NCBI GenBank assembly: GCA_965248265.1
Contig: CBDFJF010000001.1
Coordinates: forward strand, 2,624,001 to 2,688,000
DNA from: Candidatus Latescibacterota bacterium
GTDB lineage: Bacteria > Latescibacterota > UBA2968 > UBA8231
Length of the DNA stretch: 64,000 nt
Direction: 5' to 3'
A program made the position numbers and the translations under genes. Numbering within the stretch: position 1 is the first letter of the stretch; the number at the start of each line of letters is the position of its first letter. Positions 1-10,130 of the stretch are shown here, in pieces. The notes beneath the pieces are model-generated. The model ran no database searches. It was not told the origin of the DNA and saw nothing but the letters and a program-made list of their open reading frames with translations.

Positions 1-376
1 GGGTGAAGGTCGATCTGGGATCCTTCCAACCCCAGCTGAAAGGGAGATTGAAGACCGAACGGTGGCGCAGGTAGCGCCAGGTACCCAGATAGGAAATCGC
101 CTGGGGTGAGCCAGCGAAGGTTCGGATATAGTCGGTGATGCGGCCACGCAGGTCAGGGTAGGATAGTAGATGACCTACAGGTTCGGGGTTGTCCCAGGTC
201 GCACCGCTCTGGCTCAGGATCCAGTCATTGAGCCGAAGAAAAAACAGGGCCTCCTGGTTTCGCTCGCGGGTCTTACCGATAAACAGCCCGAGCTTTTCAA
301 GCATTTCCGCCAACAATGTGGTCCCGGAGCGGTGCATGCCGATGATGATGACGGGTTGGTGTGGCACAGTTTTCAC
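1..376 (-). CDS. Sulfotransferase family protein (C-terminus runs off the window edge; not in the ORF track)
   Basis: Manual translation from GTG at 376, overlapping the flippase stop as GTGA: VKTVPHQPVIIIGMHRSGTTLLAEML...WGWKDPRSTFT. GMHRSGT (5'-PSB loop) and WKDPR are typical of Sulfotransfer_3 proteins. Confidence 0.85.
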   Translation of the reverse strand, partial: MKTVPHQPVIIIGMHRSGTTLLAEMLEKLGLFIGKTRERNQEALFFLRLNDWILSQSGATWDNPEPVGHLLSYPDLRGRITDYIRTFAGSPQAISYLGTWRYLRHRSVFNLPFSWGWKDPRSTFT

Positions 377-2001
377 GCTTCCTTGCTCCCAGTTGACGGC
401 ATCTTTGCGTCGGCGCGATCGGTGTTTGTCAGAGCTCTCCGCAGCGAGCGAAATTCGCCAGCGAGCTCGCGACGCTCGAGTAGCATGAGCATCGCCGCGT
501 AGCATACTCCGAGCACCGCGGTGCCGGCTACCAGTGAGGGGATTGGGGGCAGCGCAGCGATCTGATCCGTTGCCGCCAGACGCACGGCACTGGCGACGAC
601 CCCGGCGATCAGCGGCGGCCCTAACACCCTCATCCATGAAATATCGACATAGGCCCTGACTGCCCGCATGGCCATGAGCAGGCCCACCAGGGCAGCCACG
701 TCCATGCCGAGGGCGGCTCCCTGTGCACCATAGTGTGTCGTCAGCAAGGGTGCCAGCATGATCAGGGCCCCGGCCTGCAGGGACACGAAGCGGGTGATCC
801 GGCGCGGCTCGCCCACACCGTACAGAAGAAAATAGACGTCGTCGAGAGCTGGCCGGCACAGAGAATACAAGATCAGCCATCGCAGGATGGGGACGAGGGG
901 AAGCCAGTCGACTTTGATGAGCTCGACAATTACAGGCGCCTCCAGAGCCAGAATCAGTGTGATCGGCACGGTGCAGCGGATGATCAGGCGTTGGGTCCGG
1001 TAGAACGCTTCGGACAAGCGTCGACGGTCTCGTTGGTAACGGGCATAGACGGTGCCGGTCACCCCCTGAATCATGTGGGTGACGGCTCCGGTCGGGATCT
1101 GAGCGAAAAGATGGGCTGCCGCGTAAATACCCAGAAGGTCGTCACCTAGCATCACTCCGACGATCAGGCGGTCGAAGTGCAACGTCAGGGTCTGCAGAAT
1201 GCCCGCAGCCCAGAACCAGACTCCATAGCGCAGCAGATCACGAGCGCCAGATGGATCCCAGTGTCTGAATCGTGGCATTCGGGGTGGTCGTCCCTGCCAG
1301 ATCATACCGCAGTAGGTGAGAACGTAGGCGACGCTGTTGATTGAAAAGCCGAGAATCAAGGCCCACGTGCCACCGCCGAGATGGGCTATCGCCACCGCGA
1401 CGATGGAGGCCACGACGGTCGAGGAGGCGTGGGCGATGGCGAGTCGGCCGAATTGCAGCTCCTTGCGCAGCCGCGTCTCCGAGGTCTGCGCCAGGCTTCG
1501 AATCATGTCGAGGAGCGCGAAGATGATGAGGGCACTTACGACGATGGGAGTCGCGCTGCTGACGCTGAAAGAGAGCAGCTGCAGTAGTTCCGGGAGGTAG
1601 ATAGCGGTTCCGATGGCGGCAACCGCTCCGCCAACCGCAAGCCCGCCGTTGAGCAGAAAGTGTGTCGTTTCGAGTCGCTCCACGTCGTCGTAGCGATGGA
1701 GCAGGGCGACGTGAAGACCGAAGCGCTTGAGCGAGGTTACCACCATGAGAGTACTGATGGCGAAGGCAATCTGACCGACGTCTCCGGGGGCCAGGCGGCG
1801 CAGCAATAGAATGTAGGCGCCCCAATTGATGATGCGAGCAAAGTAAACGCTGCCGACCATCTGTAAGGCACCCCGTACGATCCGCCGAGCACCCCCGGGA
1901 TCATTGCCTTGAGGGGCACGCCGAGTGACACCGGAGGGGCTGGTGCTGATCTCTTCAGGCAAGTCCGTTGTCACGAAATCGCTATTCTGGCCATTGACCA
2001 A
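373..2001 (-). CDS. Wzx-type oligosaccharide flippase (polysaccharide biosynthesis protein)
   Basis: Multi-TM protein with RRIVRGA..., LLRRLAPGDVG, LRKELQFGRLA and DRLIVG..LG...LGIY motifs; exact start uncertain. Confidence 0.85.
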   Translation of the reverse strand: MVNGQNSDFVTTDLPEEISTSPSGVTRRAPQGNDPGGARRIVRGALQMVGSVYFARIINWGAYILLLRRLAPGDVGQIAFAISTLMVVTSLKRFGLHVALLHRYDDVERLETTHFLLNGGLAVGGAVAAIGTAIYLPELLQLLSFSVSSATPIVVSALIIFALLDMIRSLAQTSETRLRKELQFGRLAIAHASSTVVASIVAVAIAHLGGGTWALILGFSINSVAYVLTYCGMIWQGRPPRMPRFRHWDPSGARDLLRYGVWFWAAGILQTLTLHFDRLIVGVMLGDDLLGIYAAAHLFAQIPTGAVTHMIQGVTGTVYARYQRDRRRLSEAFYRTQRLIIRCTVPITLILALEAPVIVELIKVDWLPLVPILRWLILYSLCRPALDDVYFLLYGVGEPRRITRFVSLQAGALIMLAPLLTTHYGAQGAALGMDVAALVGLLMAMRAVRAYVDISWMRVLGPPLIAGVVASAVRLAATDQIAALPPIPSLVAGTAVLGVCYAAMLMLLERRELAGEFRSLRRALTNTDRADAKMPSTGSKEA

Positions 2002-2011
2002 TTAGGGTTGG

Positions 2012-2047
2012 GTCGAGGACTCGAAAACCGTCGAAGACTCGAAAACC
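2012..2047. repeat. 18-bp tandem duplication GTCGA(G/A)GACTCGAAAACC x2
   Basis: Copies at 2012-2029 and 2030-2047 with one mismatch, between yfhO-like gene and flippase. Confidence 0.85.
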
Positions 2048-2155
2048 ATGGTCGATGGCACCGAGCGCTGAGACTTGCAGCATCGTTTCCGGAGAAACCT
2101 GCGCCTGGCGCCTATGCTGGATCCACATGGAGCTATTGATGGGCGCCGCATCCGG

Positions 2156-4756
2156 TTAATTACCGATACGTTGGCTGGGCTGCTCGTCGATATTTTCATC
2201 GGCAACGGTTGACTCGATGGCGGCTCGTGAGCCCGCTCTTCGACACCAGTAGAGACCTGCGCCAACGGCTATGGAGAGCAAGGTAAGCAGGCTGATCGTG
2301 CGGGAAGCGCTGACGGCCGAAGACTGGTAACGTAGAGCAACGGTGTGGTTTCCCTTCGGTAGATAGACGGCCTTCCACACATAGTTTGCCCGGACCAACT
2401 CGGCTTCCTCGCCGTCAACGAACGCATGCCAGTTCGGATAGTAGTTGTCGGAGACCACCAGCATGCGCGGACCGCTGGCGACTACATCAATCTCGATCAC
2501 TCCAGCAGCAAGATCCCGGTTGGTGACATGGACCCGGTCAGCGTCGATATCTCCGACCGGCAGCTGGCCGAACGGCCCCGGGGGTTGTCGCTCAAGAATG
2601 GCCATCTGGCGGGGGTCGATGCGGCCATCGCGCAAGGCCCTGAGCGCCTCAGCGGCATCATCCATGACGGTGACTGACGGCGCGAGGTAAGCCCATGGCA
2701 GGGCCCGAGGATTCTCGTAGACGCGTATTCGCTCCCGCGCGAAGACCTCGGGGAATCGTTCGGTTTGCAGTTGCAGCTGCGCCGGGGTCACCACGTAACG
2801 CGCGTTGACGAGATTGAGCAGGGGTTGCATGGCGCCCACCAGGTCGTCGTCCGAATAGGGTGATTCGCCTCCTCGCAACTTCCTGCCGTACTCGGACAGC
2901 GGGAGATCAAACTCCTTGAGGAGATTGTCGTAGCGCCTGATCGTGTAGTTGTTGTGATCGGTGACGACGACGGTTCCATGCAGGAGATCGATTCCGTCGA
3001 GTCGGTACCCGGGCTTCTTCAGGAATCCGTAGTCAGGCAGCGGAAAAATGCGAAACGGGTCTGAAGCAGATGATTTGAGAAAGCCGACGGTATGTGGATT
3101 CTCCTGTCGGACATCGGTGTGCCTGGACGGATCCTCGTAGTGCAAGAATCGACGATCGATGCGCCAGGTATCGAAGAGGGTCAGCAACACCATTCCGGCC
3201 ACCATCCACACCAGCGCAATCTTGCCATGCAGGCGCAAGAGCAACAGAGCGGTTCCGGCTGCGACCACGGCGAACACGCACACGGCGCCGCGGCTCAACC
3301 ATTGCATGCCGTCGACGAGGATCTGTTGCTTGTGAGCGAGCATGTCGTAGCCGGTGACCGCTACCCAGCTCTCAACGAATGACGCAGGCGAAAAAGCCAG
3401 CAGCAATGTGATAGCACTGAGAGCAGCGCCGGCGATCAAGACGCGCCTTCTCGTCTCGCCCACTTGCTCGGCCGGCGTCCGCAGCAACACGTCGAGGCTC
3501 ATGGCTGCCAGCACACAGGCAGGGAATGCGAACAGGAAGGCTGCCATCCCCACGGCGCGCAGGACATTGGCGCCGGGGATGACGTGATAGGCGATCCAGT
3601 GCACGGGAGTATGGCTCCCCAGCGTGAATGCCAGCACCAGAAGGAACTGAGCCGTCATGAAGAGCGCATGGGGGCGACGGCGAATATGCGGCATTATCAG
3701 AAGCGCCAGCAGGACGACGAGAACCCCGAAGTATTCGGAATTCAGCTTCATCGGATTGCGCCCCCAGTAGTAATTCGTGCCGTTGCTTGGGTCCTGAAAG
3801 CCACCGAACTCGGGTACAATAAGCGATGCGACCTCCTCGGGATGCAGGGACCAGCTGCGCGACAGAGCCAATTGATCTTCGGGCGACCGACCCATCTCAT
3901 CCTGCACGGCAGCTCGTTTGGATTCGGTCTTTACGTGCAGGTATGGCGGTATCAGGCCTTCGGCCCCGACACCGAAACCGACCGCAATGGCGAGCAGAAA
4001 CATGCCGGTGCGTGTGACCAGTAGCGTACGGCCGGCACCCTGGCGGAACAGCAGGTACAACTTGAAGAGGAAGTACAGCCCGAGAGCCAGCAGAGCGTAT
4101 TGCAACATCTGTAGATGAGGAGTGAAGATCCCCAGAGTGACCAGGCCCCCCAGGCCGACAAACCACCATATCTGGCCCCGATTCATGCCGCGCTCGAGGG
4201 CCAATAGCATGAAGGGAAACAGGGAGATGAGGGTCATCTTGGCGTAATGACCGGCAAAGAGAAATGATAGAAAAGTCGGCGCCGACATGAAGGCGACCCC
4301 ACCCCAGAGAGCGGCCCAACGACCGATCTGGAGCTCGCGCAGGTACAGGTAAGTGCCGAATCCAGCCAGGAAGACGATGATGATGTAGCGCCAACCCAGA
4401 TGACGCTGGTAGGTAGTGACTAAGTTGATCACCCATGTTGGCATGTAACGGTGGCGAATCTCCTCGTAGCTTGGATACCCACCCATACGTGCCTGCCACC
4501 TGTCCTGATCCAGCTCGCGAATCTTTTCGATTACTGACTCATTGCCACGATGGTAGTCAGTACCAATGTCGTTGCCGAAAACGACATGGTCAGTCGTCAG
4601 GAACTCGAAGAAGTAAATGCAGGTAATCAGGGCAAAGACCGACGCCGGAAACCATGAGCGATCCCACAAACGAGTTGTGGCTGTTGTGGGCAGCGGTGCG
4701 GAGACAGAAACAATGTCGGCCAGCCGTCTGCGCTTATCTTTGTTTTTCTTCGCCAT
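2156..4756 (-). CDS. YfhO-family (GT-C fold) membrane glycosyltransferase
   Basis: 866 aa, many TM helices; C-terminal YENPRALPWAY, LVVSDNYYPNWHAFVDG and RANY...G.H.V.L.Y motifs typical of YfhO. Confidence 0.8.
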   Translation of the reverse strand: MAKKNKDKRRRLADIVSVSAPLPTTATTRLWDRSWFPASVFALITCIYFFEFLTTDHVVFGNDIGTDYHRGNESVIEKIRELDQDRWQARMGGYPSYEEIRHRYMPTWVINLVTTYQRHLGWRYIIIVFLAGFGTYLYLRELQIGRWAALWGGVAFMSAPTFLSFLFAGHYAKMTLISLFPFMLLALERGMNRGQIWWFVGLGGLVTLGIFTPHLQMLQYALLALGLYFLFKLYLLFRQGAGRTLLVTRTGMFLLAIAVGFGVGAEGLIPPYLHVKTESKRAAVQDEMGRSPEDQLALSRSWSLHPEEVASLIVPEFGGFQDPSNGTNYYWGRNPMKLNSEYFGVLVVLLALLIMPHIRRRPHALFMTAQFLLVLAFTLGSHTPVHWIAYHVIPGANVLRAVGMAAFLFAFPACVLAAMSLDVLLRTPAEQVGETRRRVLIAGAALSAITLLLAFSPASFVESWVAVTGYDMLAHKQQILVDGMQWLSRGAVCVFAVVAAGTALLLLRLHGKIALVWMVAGMVLLTLFDTWRIDRRFLHYEDPSRHTDVRQENPHTVGFLKSSASDPFRIFPLPDYGFLKKPGYRLDGIDLLHGTVVVTDHNNYTIRRYDNLLKEFDLPLSEYGRKLRGGESPYSDDDLVGAMQPLLNLVNARYVVTPAQLQLQTERFPEVFARERIRVYENPRALPWAYLAPSVTVMDDAAEALRALRDGRIDPRQMAILERQPPGPFGQLPVGDIDADRVHVTNRDLAAGVIEIDVVASGPRMLVVSDNYYPNWHAFVDGEEAELVRANYVWKAVYLPKGNHTVALRYQSSAVSASRTISLLTLLSIAVGAGLYWCRRAGSRAAIESTVADENIDEQPSQRIGN

Positions 4757-4789
4757 TTGTCCTGGTTTGTCCCTCAGACTGCGGTTTGT

Positions 4790-5926
4790 TCAGTCGTTGA
4801 CATTTCCCTGCGCGGCCAGTTGCAGCAGCTCTTCCTGTGACCGGGCGATGCTGTCCCAATCGAAGCGCTTTGCCCAGACGCGACCCGCGCTACCGAGGCG
4901 GGCCCGAAGCTCCGGTTGGGTGAGCAACTGGCGCATGCCCTCAGCCAGGCCTGCTTCGTCTCCGGGGGGCACCAGGAAGCCGGTCTGTCCCTCCTGGACG
5001 GCATCGACCAAACCGGGAATGCGGGTCGCGAGCACCGCTTTTCCCGCGGCGGCGGCTTCGACGGCGACAATGCCCCAGCCTTCGTAGCGCGACGGCATGC
5101 ACAGGAACAGACACCGGCGCAGCAGGTTGCCCTTTTCCGTTTCGCTCACGCCCGAGTCTCCGTGAAGGACCACCTGACTCTGCAGTCCGGCCGCTTCGAT
5201 GAGGCGTTGCGTTCGCTGGCGCTGATCAGCGGCCCCCCGGCCCGCCAACACCAGCTTTACTCCCGGAAACTCAGCTGAGACCTGAGCGAATGCCGACACC
5301 AACAGGTCGATGCCCTTGGTGTGGACGTCCAGGCGACCGAAGTACAGCACAAAGGGATCGTCGTCTTCCTCGACACTGTCCAGCTTGAAGTAGCCCTCGT
5401 CCACTCCAGTGTAGAGGCAATTGACGCTCGCGGAATCACCGCGTTTACCAAGCACCTGTTCCTGCACGCTGGGCGAGATGGTCACGACCCGCTCATAGGC
5501 CCCTAGCGTCATGGCCTCCGCGGCCCAGGCCAGTGAACCGACCAATGGGTGCTTGCGCAGGGCGTGCCTGCCGACAAAGTGGTAGAAGAACAGGACACCC
5601 TTTCTGCGAAGGGCCCGGCTCGGCCACAGCGGAGCGAAGGCGGAGAACTCGTGCACCCAGACATCCCATTGCAGAGCCCGCAGATACCTAACAGCGCGCC
5701 TGCAATAACTCAAGCGACTGCTGGCGTAACTGGGCGCCTGACCGACTCGAAGGTGCCGGATGCCATCGATGACCTCGTCTGGTGCGGATCCCGGATAAGA
5801 TCCAGTGACCAGAGTGATCTCATGGCGCTGTGCAAGCCGCCGGTAGATTTCGCGCGCCCGCACGGCACCTCCCCCGCCCAGCCAGGGGTTGTCGACTTCG
5901 TCGTATATGAGATGGCAGATTTTCAT
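4790..5926 (-). CDS. Glycosyltransferase family 4
   Basis: MKICHLIYD start, GGG loop, GRLDVHTKG, PSRYEGWGIVAVEA (EX7E motif). Confidence 0.9.
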   Translation of the reverse strand: MKICHLIYDEVDNPWLGGGGAVRAREIYRRLAQRHEITLVTGSYPGSAPDEVIDGIRHLRVGQAPSYASSRLSYCRRAVRYLRALQWDVWVHEFSAFAPLWPSRALRRKGVLFFYHFVGRHALRKHPLVGSLAWAAEAMTLGAYERVVTISPSVQEQVLGKRGDSASVNCLYTGVDEGYFKLDSVEEDDDPFVLYFGRLDVHTKGIDLLVSAFAQVSAEFPGVKLVLAGRGAADQRQRTQRLIEAAGLQSQVVLHGDSGVSETEKGNLLRRCLFLCMPSRYEGWGIVAVEAAAAGKAVLATRIPGLVDAVQEGQTGFLVPPGDEAGLAEGMRQLLTQPELRARLGSAGRVWAKRFDWDSIARSQEELLQLAAQGNVND

Positions 5927-6108
5927 CTGGCGGATTTCACCGGTGTCGGAACGGTTAACCGAGCCCAGCCCCACGCACTACGAAGGCACGACCATGGATC
6001 TCGATACCGAGCGCTATCCGAGTGGCTGCACCTGCATGTCCTTGACCGTTCGGGCTGTCCGGATGGGGGTCCGGACCGCCGACTTCCAGGGGGAGGTTAC
6101 AGAACCTG

Positions 6109-6705
6109 CTACAGCGATCCTTTGGTCGAGGGAACACCCTGAACTCGGGGCGAGTGCAGGGAAGCCGAGTCGAGAGCACGGCCAAAGGCTTTGAAGATCG
6201 CCTCAATGCCGTGGTGATTATTGGCCACGCGCAGCAGATCAATGTGGATGTTGGCGTTGCCGTGATCAGCCACCGCACGAAAGAATTCCACTACCAGACC
6301 CGCTGGGAATTCACCAACAGCGGCCTCGTCAAAGGGTGGCTCGAGAACCAGGTACGAACGTCCGGACAAGTCGATGACAACGCGCGCCAGGGCGTCATCC
6401 ATCGGCACGTAGGCGTGACCGAAACGGGTGATTCCCTCCTTATTGCCGAGCGCCTTGTCGACGGCCTGACCCAGGCAGATGCCGACATCCTCGACGGTGT
6501 GGTGTTGATCAACCTGGAGATCGCCCTTGCATCGCAGCTGCAGATCGAAGCATCCGTGCCGCGCGAAGGCGGTGAGCATGTGGTCGAAGAAACCGATGCC
6601 GGTGTCGATGTCGGAACTGCCGCTGCCGTCGAGCACGAACGCGAGCTCGATATCCGTCTCGGAGGTGGCGCGGTTGATCTGCGCGCTGCGTTGCTGTGTG
6701 CTCAT
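6109..6705 (-). CDS. hisB: Imidazoleglycerol-phosphate dehydratase
   Basis: TGIGFFDHML, DQHHTVED, PMDDAL, NNHHGIEAIFKAFG, PSTKG. Confidence 0.97.
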   Translation of the reverse strand: MSTQQRSAQINRATSETDIELAFVLDGSGSSDIDTGIGFFDHMLTAFARHGCFDLQLRCKGDLQVDQHHTVEDVGICLGQAVDKALGNKEGITRFGHAYVPMDDALARVVIDLSGRSYLVLEPPFDEAAVGEFPAGLVVEFFRAVADHGNANIHIDLLRVANNHHGIEAIFKAFGRALDSASLHSPRVQGVPSTKGSL

Positions 6706-8036
6706 TCCTTGCTCCCGTACTTGTCGAGCCTGATCTGCACGGCGCGAGCGTGACCTTCGAGATCCTCAGCTCTGGCCATGCGCATTATTTTTTGGCCGGT
6801 TTGACGAAGCTTGTTCGGTGTGTAGTGGACGACGCTGGTCGTTTTGACGAAGTCGCTCAATCCCAGCGAAGACGCGTACCTCGCGGCCCCGTTGGTCGGC
6901 AATACGTGATTGGTGCCGGCGAAGTAATCCCCTACCGGCTCGGTCGATGCTTCACCGAGAAAGACAGCGCCCGCGTTCACGACCCGTTCGTGCACGGACC
7001 AAGGATCGTTGACGTGGAGCTCGACATGCTCAGGTGCCAGTCGATTCACCAGGTCGACACCCGTTGTCAGATCGGCGACGACGACGACAGCCCCATAGGA
7101 GACCAGGGCCCGCTCGATCGCGTCCGCGCGAGGCAATTGTGCCGCCTGCACTGCGACTTCATCCACCACGTGTTGGGCTAGCTCGGGCGAGGTCGTAATG
7201 CACACGGCTGCCTCCAGCCCGGAACCGTGCTCGGCCTGCGACAACAGATCGGCGGCGATGAACTGCGGATTCGCGCTGTCATCCGCCAGAACGACGATTT
7301 CTGAGGGCCCCGGGATCATCTCGATGCCGACGATGCCGAAGACCTGTCGCTTGGCCTCTACCGTGTAGGCTCCACCAGGACCGACGATCTTGTCGACTGA
7401 CGGAATGGTCTGGGTGCCGTATGCGAGCGCGGCGATAGCCTGGGCACCGCCGATGGCATACAGTTCGTCGATCCCCAGCAGCGCCGCCGTAGCCAGCAGG
7501 TCGGGGTGTGGAAGTCCGTTCTTCTGAGGCGGCGTCACGACACATATTTGTGCGACCCCCGCGACCTTTGCCGGTACCACCGTCATCAGCAAGGTCGACA
7601 GCAGCGGGGCCTCGCCGCCAGGCACGCAAACGCCGACGCGACGCAACGGCAGCACCCGCTTCCCCAGCGTGACTCCGTCCGCGTCTTCGATTCTCCAGGA
7701 TTCGGTGCGCTGGCGCTCGTGGAATCGCTCGATGTTTCCGGCAGCCTCTTTCAGGGCCTGCTCGAGTTCGGCGTCCATGGCCTTGTCGGCATCATCGAGT
7801 GCTTTCTGCGGCACCCGGAAACGGCCCGGAGTCAGACTGACACCATCGAAGCGGGCCGTAAACTCAGCGATCGCCTCGTCTCCGCGCGCTCGCACCTGCG
7901 ACAGAATCTCGCGGACACCGTTTTCGACTTCGCTTCCCCCGGCAACACTGGTGCGTCGCTGCAGAATCGCTGTCAGACGCTCTGGAACAGGAGCCGTATC
8001 TCCCTCATAGGACACTATCTCGAGTAACGGCTTCAC
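6702..8036 (-). CDS. hisD: Histidinol dehydrogenase
   Basis: GGAQAIAALAYGT, GPSE, DLLSQAEH, APEH, GDYFAGTNHVLPT. Confidence 0.97.
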   Translation of the reverse strand: MKPLLEIVSYEGDTAPVPERLTAILQRRTSVAGGSEVENGVREILSQVRARGDEAIAEFTARFDGVSLTPGRFRVPQKALDDADKAMDAELEQALKEAAGNIERFHERQRTESWRIEDADGVTLGKRVLPLRRVGVCVPGGEAPLLSTLLMTVVPAKVAGVAQICVVTPPQKNGLPHPDLLATAALLGIDELYAIGGAQAIAALAYGTQTIPSVDKIVGPGGAYTVEAKRQVFGIVGIEMIPGPSEIVVLADDSANPQFIAADLLSQAEHGSGLEAAVCITTSPELAQHVVDEVAVQAAQLPRADAIERALVSYGAVVVVADLTTGVDLVNRLAPEHVELHVNDPWSVHERVVNAGAVFLGEASTEPVGDYFAGTNHVLPTNGAARYASSLGLSDFVKTTSVVHYTPNKLRQTGQKIMRMARAEDLEGHARAVQIRLDKYGSKE

Positions 8037-8047
8037 TCGGCGGTCTC

Positions 8048-8944
8048 TCAGTACACTACTTTATTGAGAGGGTATTCGATGATTCCTTCGGCACCACTGC
8101 CCTTCAGTTGAGGAATCAGATCCCGCACGATGTGCTCGTCGGCGATGATCTCGAGCGCTACCCAGTCCTCATCTACCTGACTCGAAATGGTCGGGGTGTG
8201 CAGGGCGGGGAGGCTGCCCATGACCTCATCCAACCGCGCCTTTGGCACGTTCATCTTCAAGCCGACCTTGTTCTCTGCCTCACGAGCGCCGCGCAGGAGC
8301 ATGAGCAGGTTTTGGGCCTTTTGCTTCTTCCAGTCGTCTTCCCAGGCCTGGCGGTTGGCGATGAATCTCGTCGTCGACTCGAACATCGTCTCGACGATCC
8401 GTAGCCGGTTGGCGCGAAGGGAATTGCCGGTCTCGGTGCCGTCGACGATGGCGTCGGCGACGCCGGGAATCCCCGCCTTCACCTCCGTCGTCCCCCAGGA
8501 GTACTCCACTTCAGCTTCGACGCCGTGCTCCTCTAGAAAGCGCCGGGTGGCACCGACCAGTTCGCTGACAATGCGCTTGCCCTGCAGATCCTTGACGGAG
8601 CGGATGGGTGAATCCTCCGGCACGGCGATCACCCACCGGTAGGGGCGCGTCGACGCCTTGCTATAGAGCAACTCGTCTATCTCGACGACGTCGGCGGCGC
8701 TTTCAAGGATCCAGTCCTTACCAGTAATACCCACGTCCAGGACGCCACGCTCGACGTAATGGGCAATCTCCTGGGCCCGAAACATCAAGCCGGCCAGCTC
8801 CGGGTCATCGATGTCCGGCTCGTAGGATCGTGGCGCCAGCCGCAGCTTGTATCCTGCTCGTTCCATCAATTTGAAGGTGGCATCCTGCAGACTCCCCGAG
8901 GGAATGCCTACCGTAAGGACTCGCTCGCTCTTTGTCGGTTTCAA
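8048..8944 (-). CDS. hisG: ATP phosphoribosyltransferase (long form)
   Basis: PSGSLQ, RAQEI, DVGITGKDW, SWGTTE, TETGNSLRANRL, C-terminal ACT-like domain (GAEGIIEYPLNK). Confidence 0.95.
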   Translation of the reverse strand: MKPTKSERVLTVGIPSGSLQDATFKLMERAGYKLRLAPRSYEPDIDDPELAGLMFRAQEIAHYVERGVLDVGITGKDWILESAADVVEIDELLYSKASTRPYRWVIAVPEDSPIRSVKDLQGKRIVSELVGATRRFLEEHGVEAEVEYSWGTTEVKAGIPGVADAIVDGTETGNSLRANRLRIVETMFESTTRFIANRQAWEDDWKKQKAQNLLMLLRGAREAENKVGLKMNVPKARLDEVMGSLPALHTPTISSQVDEDWVALEIIADEHIVRDLIPQLKGSGAEGIIEYPLNKVVY

Positions 8945-8959
8945 GGTCTCACTAATCTT

Positions 8960-9958
8960 TCAGGTTTGAGGAGGCGCACTGACCCCGAGATTTTCCAGGA
9001 CCCGTCGAGCCTCCCGTCTGTCTTCCTCGGTGCCGTGCTCGAGCACCCGCAGCGTTGGAATGGCTTCCTCGGCCTCCATCATTTCCAACGAACGCACGGC
9101 CTTGGTGCGTATACTCTGTCGCGGCTCAGCGATGGCATCCAGCAACGCCTTGATGATGAGGTCACGGCGGACGCCCTGTGCCGCACCCTGGGAGTGCGGG
9201 ACACGTCCACTACCGATCTGCCCCAGCGCCTGCACGGCGACATATCGGACTTCTGGCTCGGGATCTCTGGACAGCCGAATCACCGGATCCAACGCCTTCG
9301 GGAAGCCGAATTCGTGCATCGATTGCAGCGCCGCGATGCGAACCTTGGTTACGTCGTCGTCGAACGCCGCCAAAACCGCGGCATGCACCGAATCGGTGGT
9401 CGATGCGAGCAGTGTATCGGTGTAGCACAGACCCAATGCACGAATCACTTCCGCCCGCAGATCGCGAGCGATCTCTCCTGTGTACGGCAGCAACGCCGGC
9501 ACGGCTTCCGGTGCCCGCATCTCCCCCAGTCCCCAGGCGGCCAGTGCGGCGACATTGGCCGAACGATCATTCAGCGCATGAATGAGAATGGGCACCGCGC
9601 GACGGTCGCGCAGGCGACCGAGTAGCCGAACCGACTCGAAACGAGCGGTGGTGTAACCGGATCCGACTTCCTGTATCAGCCGGGGGACGATTTCGTCCCC
9701 GTATCGCATCAGCTTGCCTGCCGCCCTTTCCCTGACTTCCCTCTGCTGACTTTTTAGAAGAGCGATGTGCGGCTCGGGAGAAGGACGCCCGCAGGTGGCC
9801 AGAGCGAATACCACAGCCCCAGCAACACAGATTCCGATACTGGGAACGCGTCGCCGAGGGCGCGTCCAAAGACACGCAATTGACACGGTTGTCGGGGGTC
9901 TCTCCACCATCAGCAATGCATCCTTCGGCCGCCTCGATCCGGTAAGACCCAATAGCAT
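8960..9958 (-). CDS. HEAT-repeat protein, probable lipoprotein
   Basis: Repeated (V)R..A..ALG.....A(V)P.L HEAT units; lipobox-like FALATC; start uncertain. Confidence 0.75.
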   Translation of the reverse strand: MLLGLTGSRRPKDALLMVERPPTTVSIACLWTRPRRRVPSIGICVAGAVVFALATCGRPSPEPHIALLKSQQREVRERAAGKLMRYGDEIVPRLIQEVGSGYTTARFESVRLLGRLRDRRAVPILIHALNDRSANVAALAAWGLGEMRAPEAVPALLPYTGEIARDLRAEVIRALGLCYTDTLLASTTDSVHAAVLAAFDDDVTKVRIAALQSMHEFGFPKALDPVIRLSRDPEPEVRYVAVQALGQIGSGRVPHSQGAAQGVRRDLIIKALLDAIAEPRQSIRTKAVRSLEMMEAEEAIPTLRVLEHGTEEDRREARRVLENLGVSAPPQT

Positions 9959-10069
9959 GTAAAGTATAAATAATTCACAGAGTTCCGTCCATTTAGCGAA
10001 CTCCTGAGGAAGGTGTTTTTGAGGCGGAAACCTGCCGTGTCATGGAGAGTCTATGGGGTCGAACGCACA

Positions 10070-10098
10070 TTGACAACAGATTCCTCGCCGTCTAGCGT
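10070..10098 (+). promoter_or_regulatory. Putative sigma70 promoter for TPR-rdgB
   Basis: TTGACA-17 bp-TAGCGT. Confidence 0.5.
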
Positions 10099-10130
10099 TT
10101 CCAGACACCCTGACAAGGAATTATTGATCC

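Noticed and set aside
2002-2265. 87-aa ORF containing the VFESST repeat
   Set aside because: It overlaps the yfhO-like gene end, has no SD or family motif, and the repeat is explained by the 18-bp DNA duplication.
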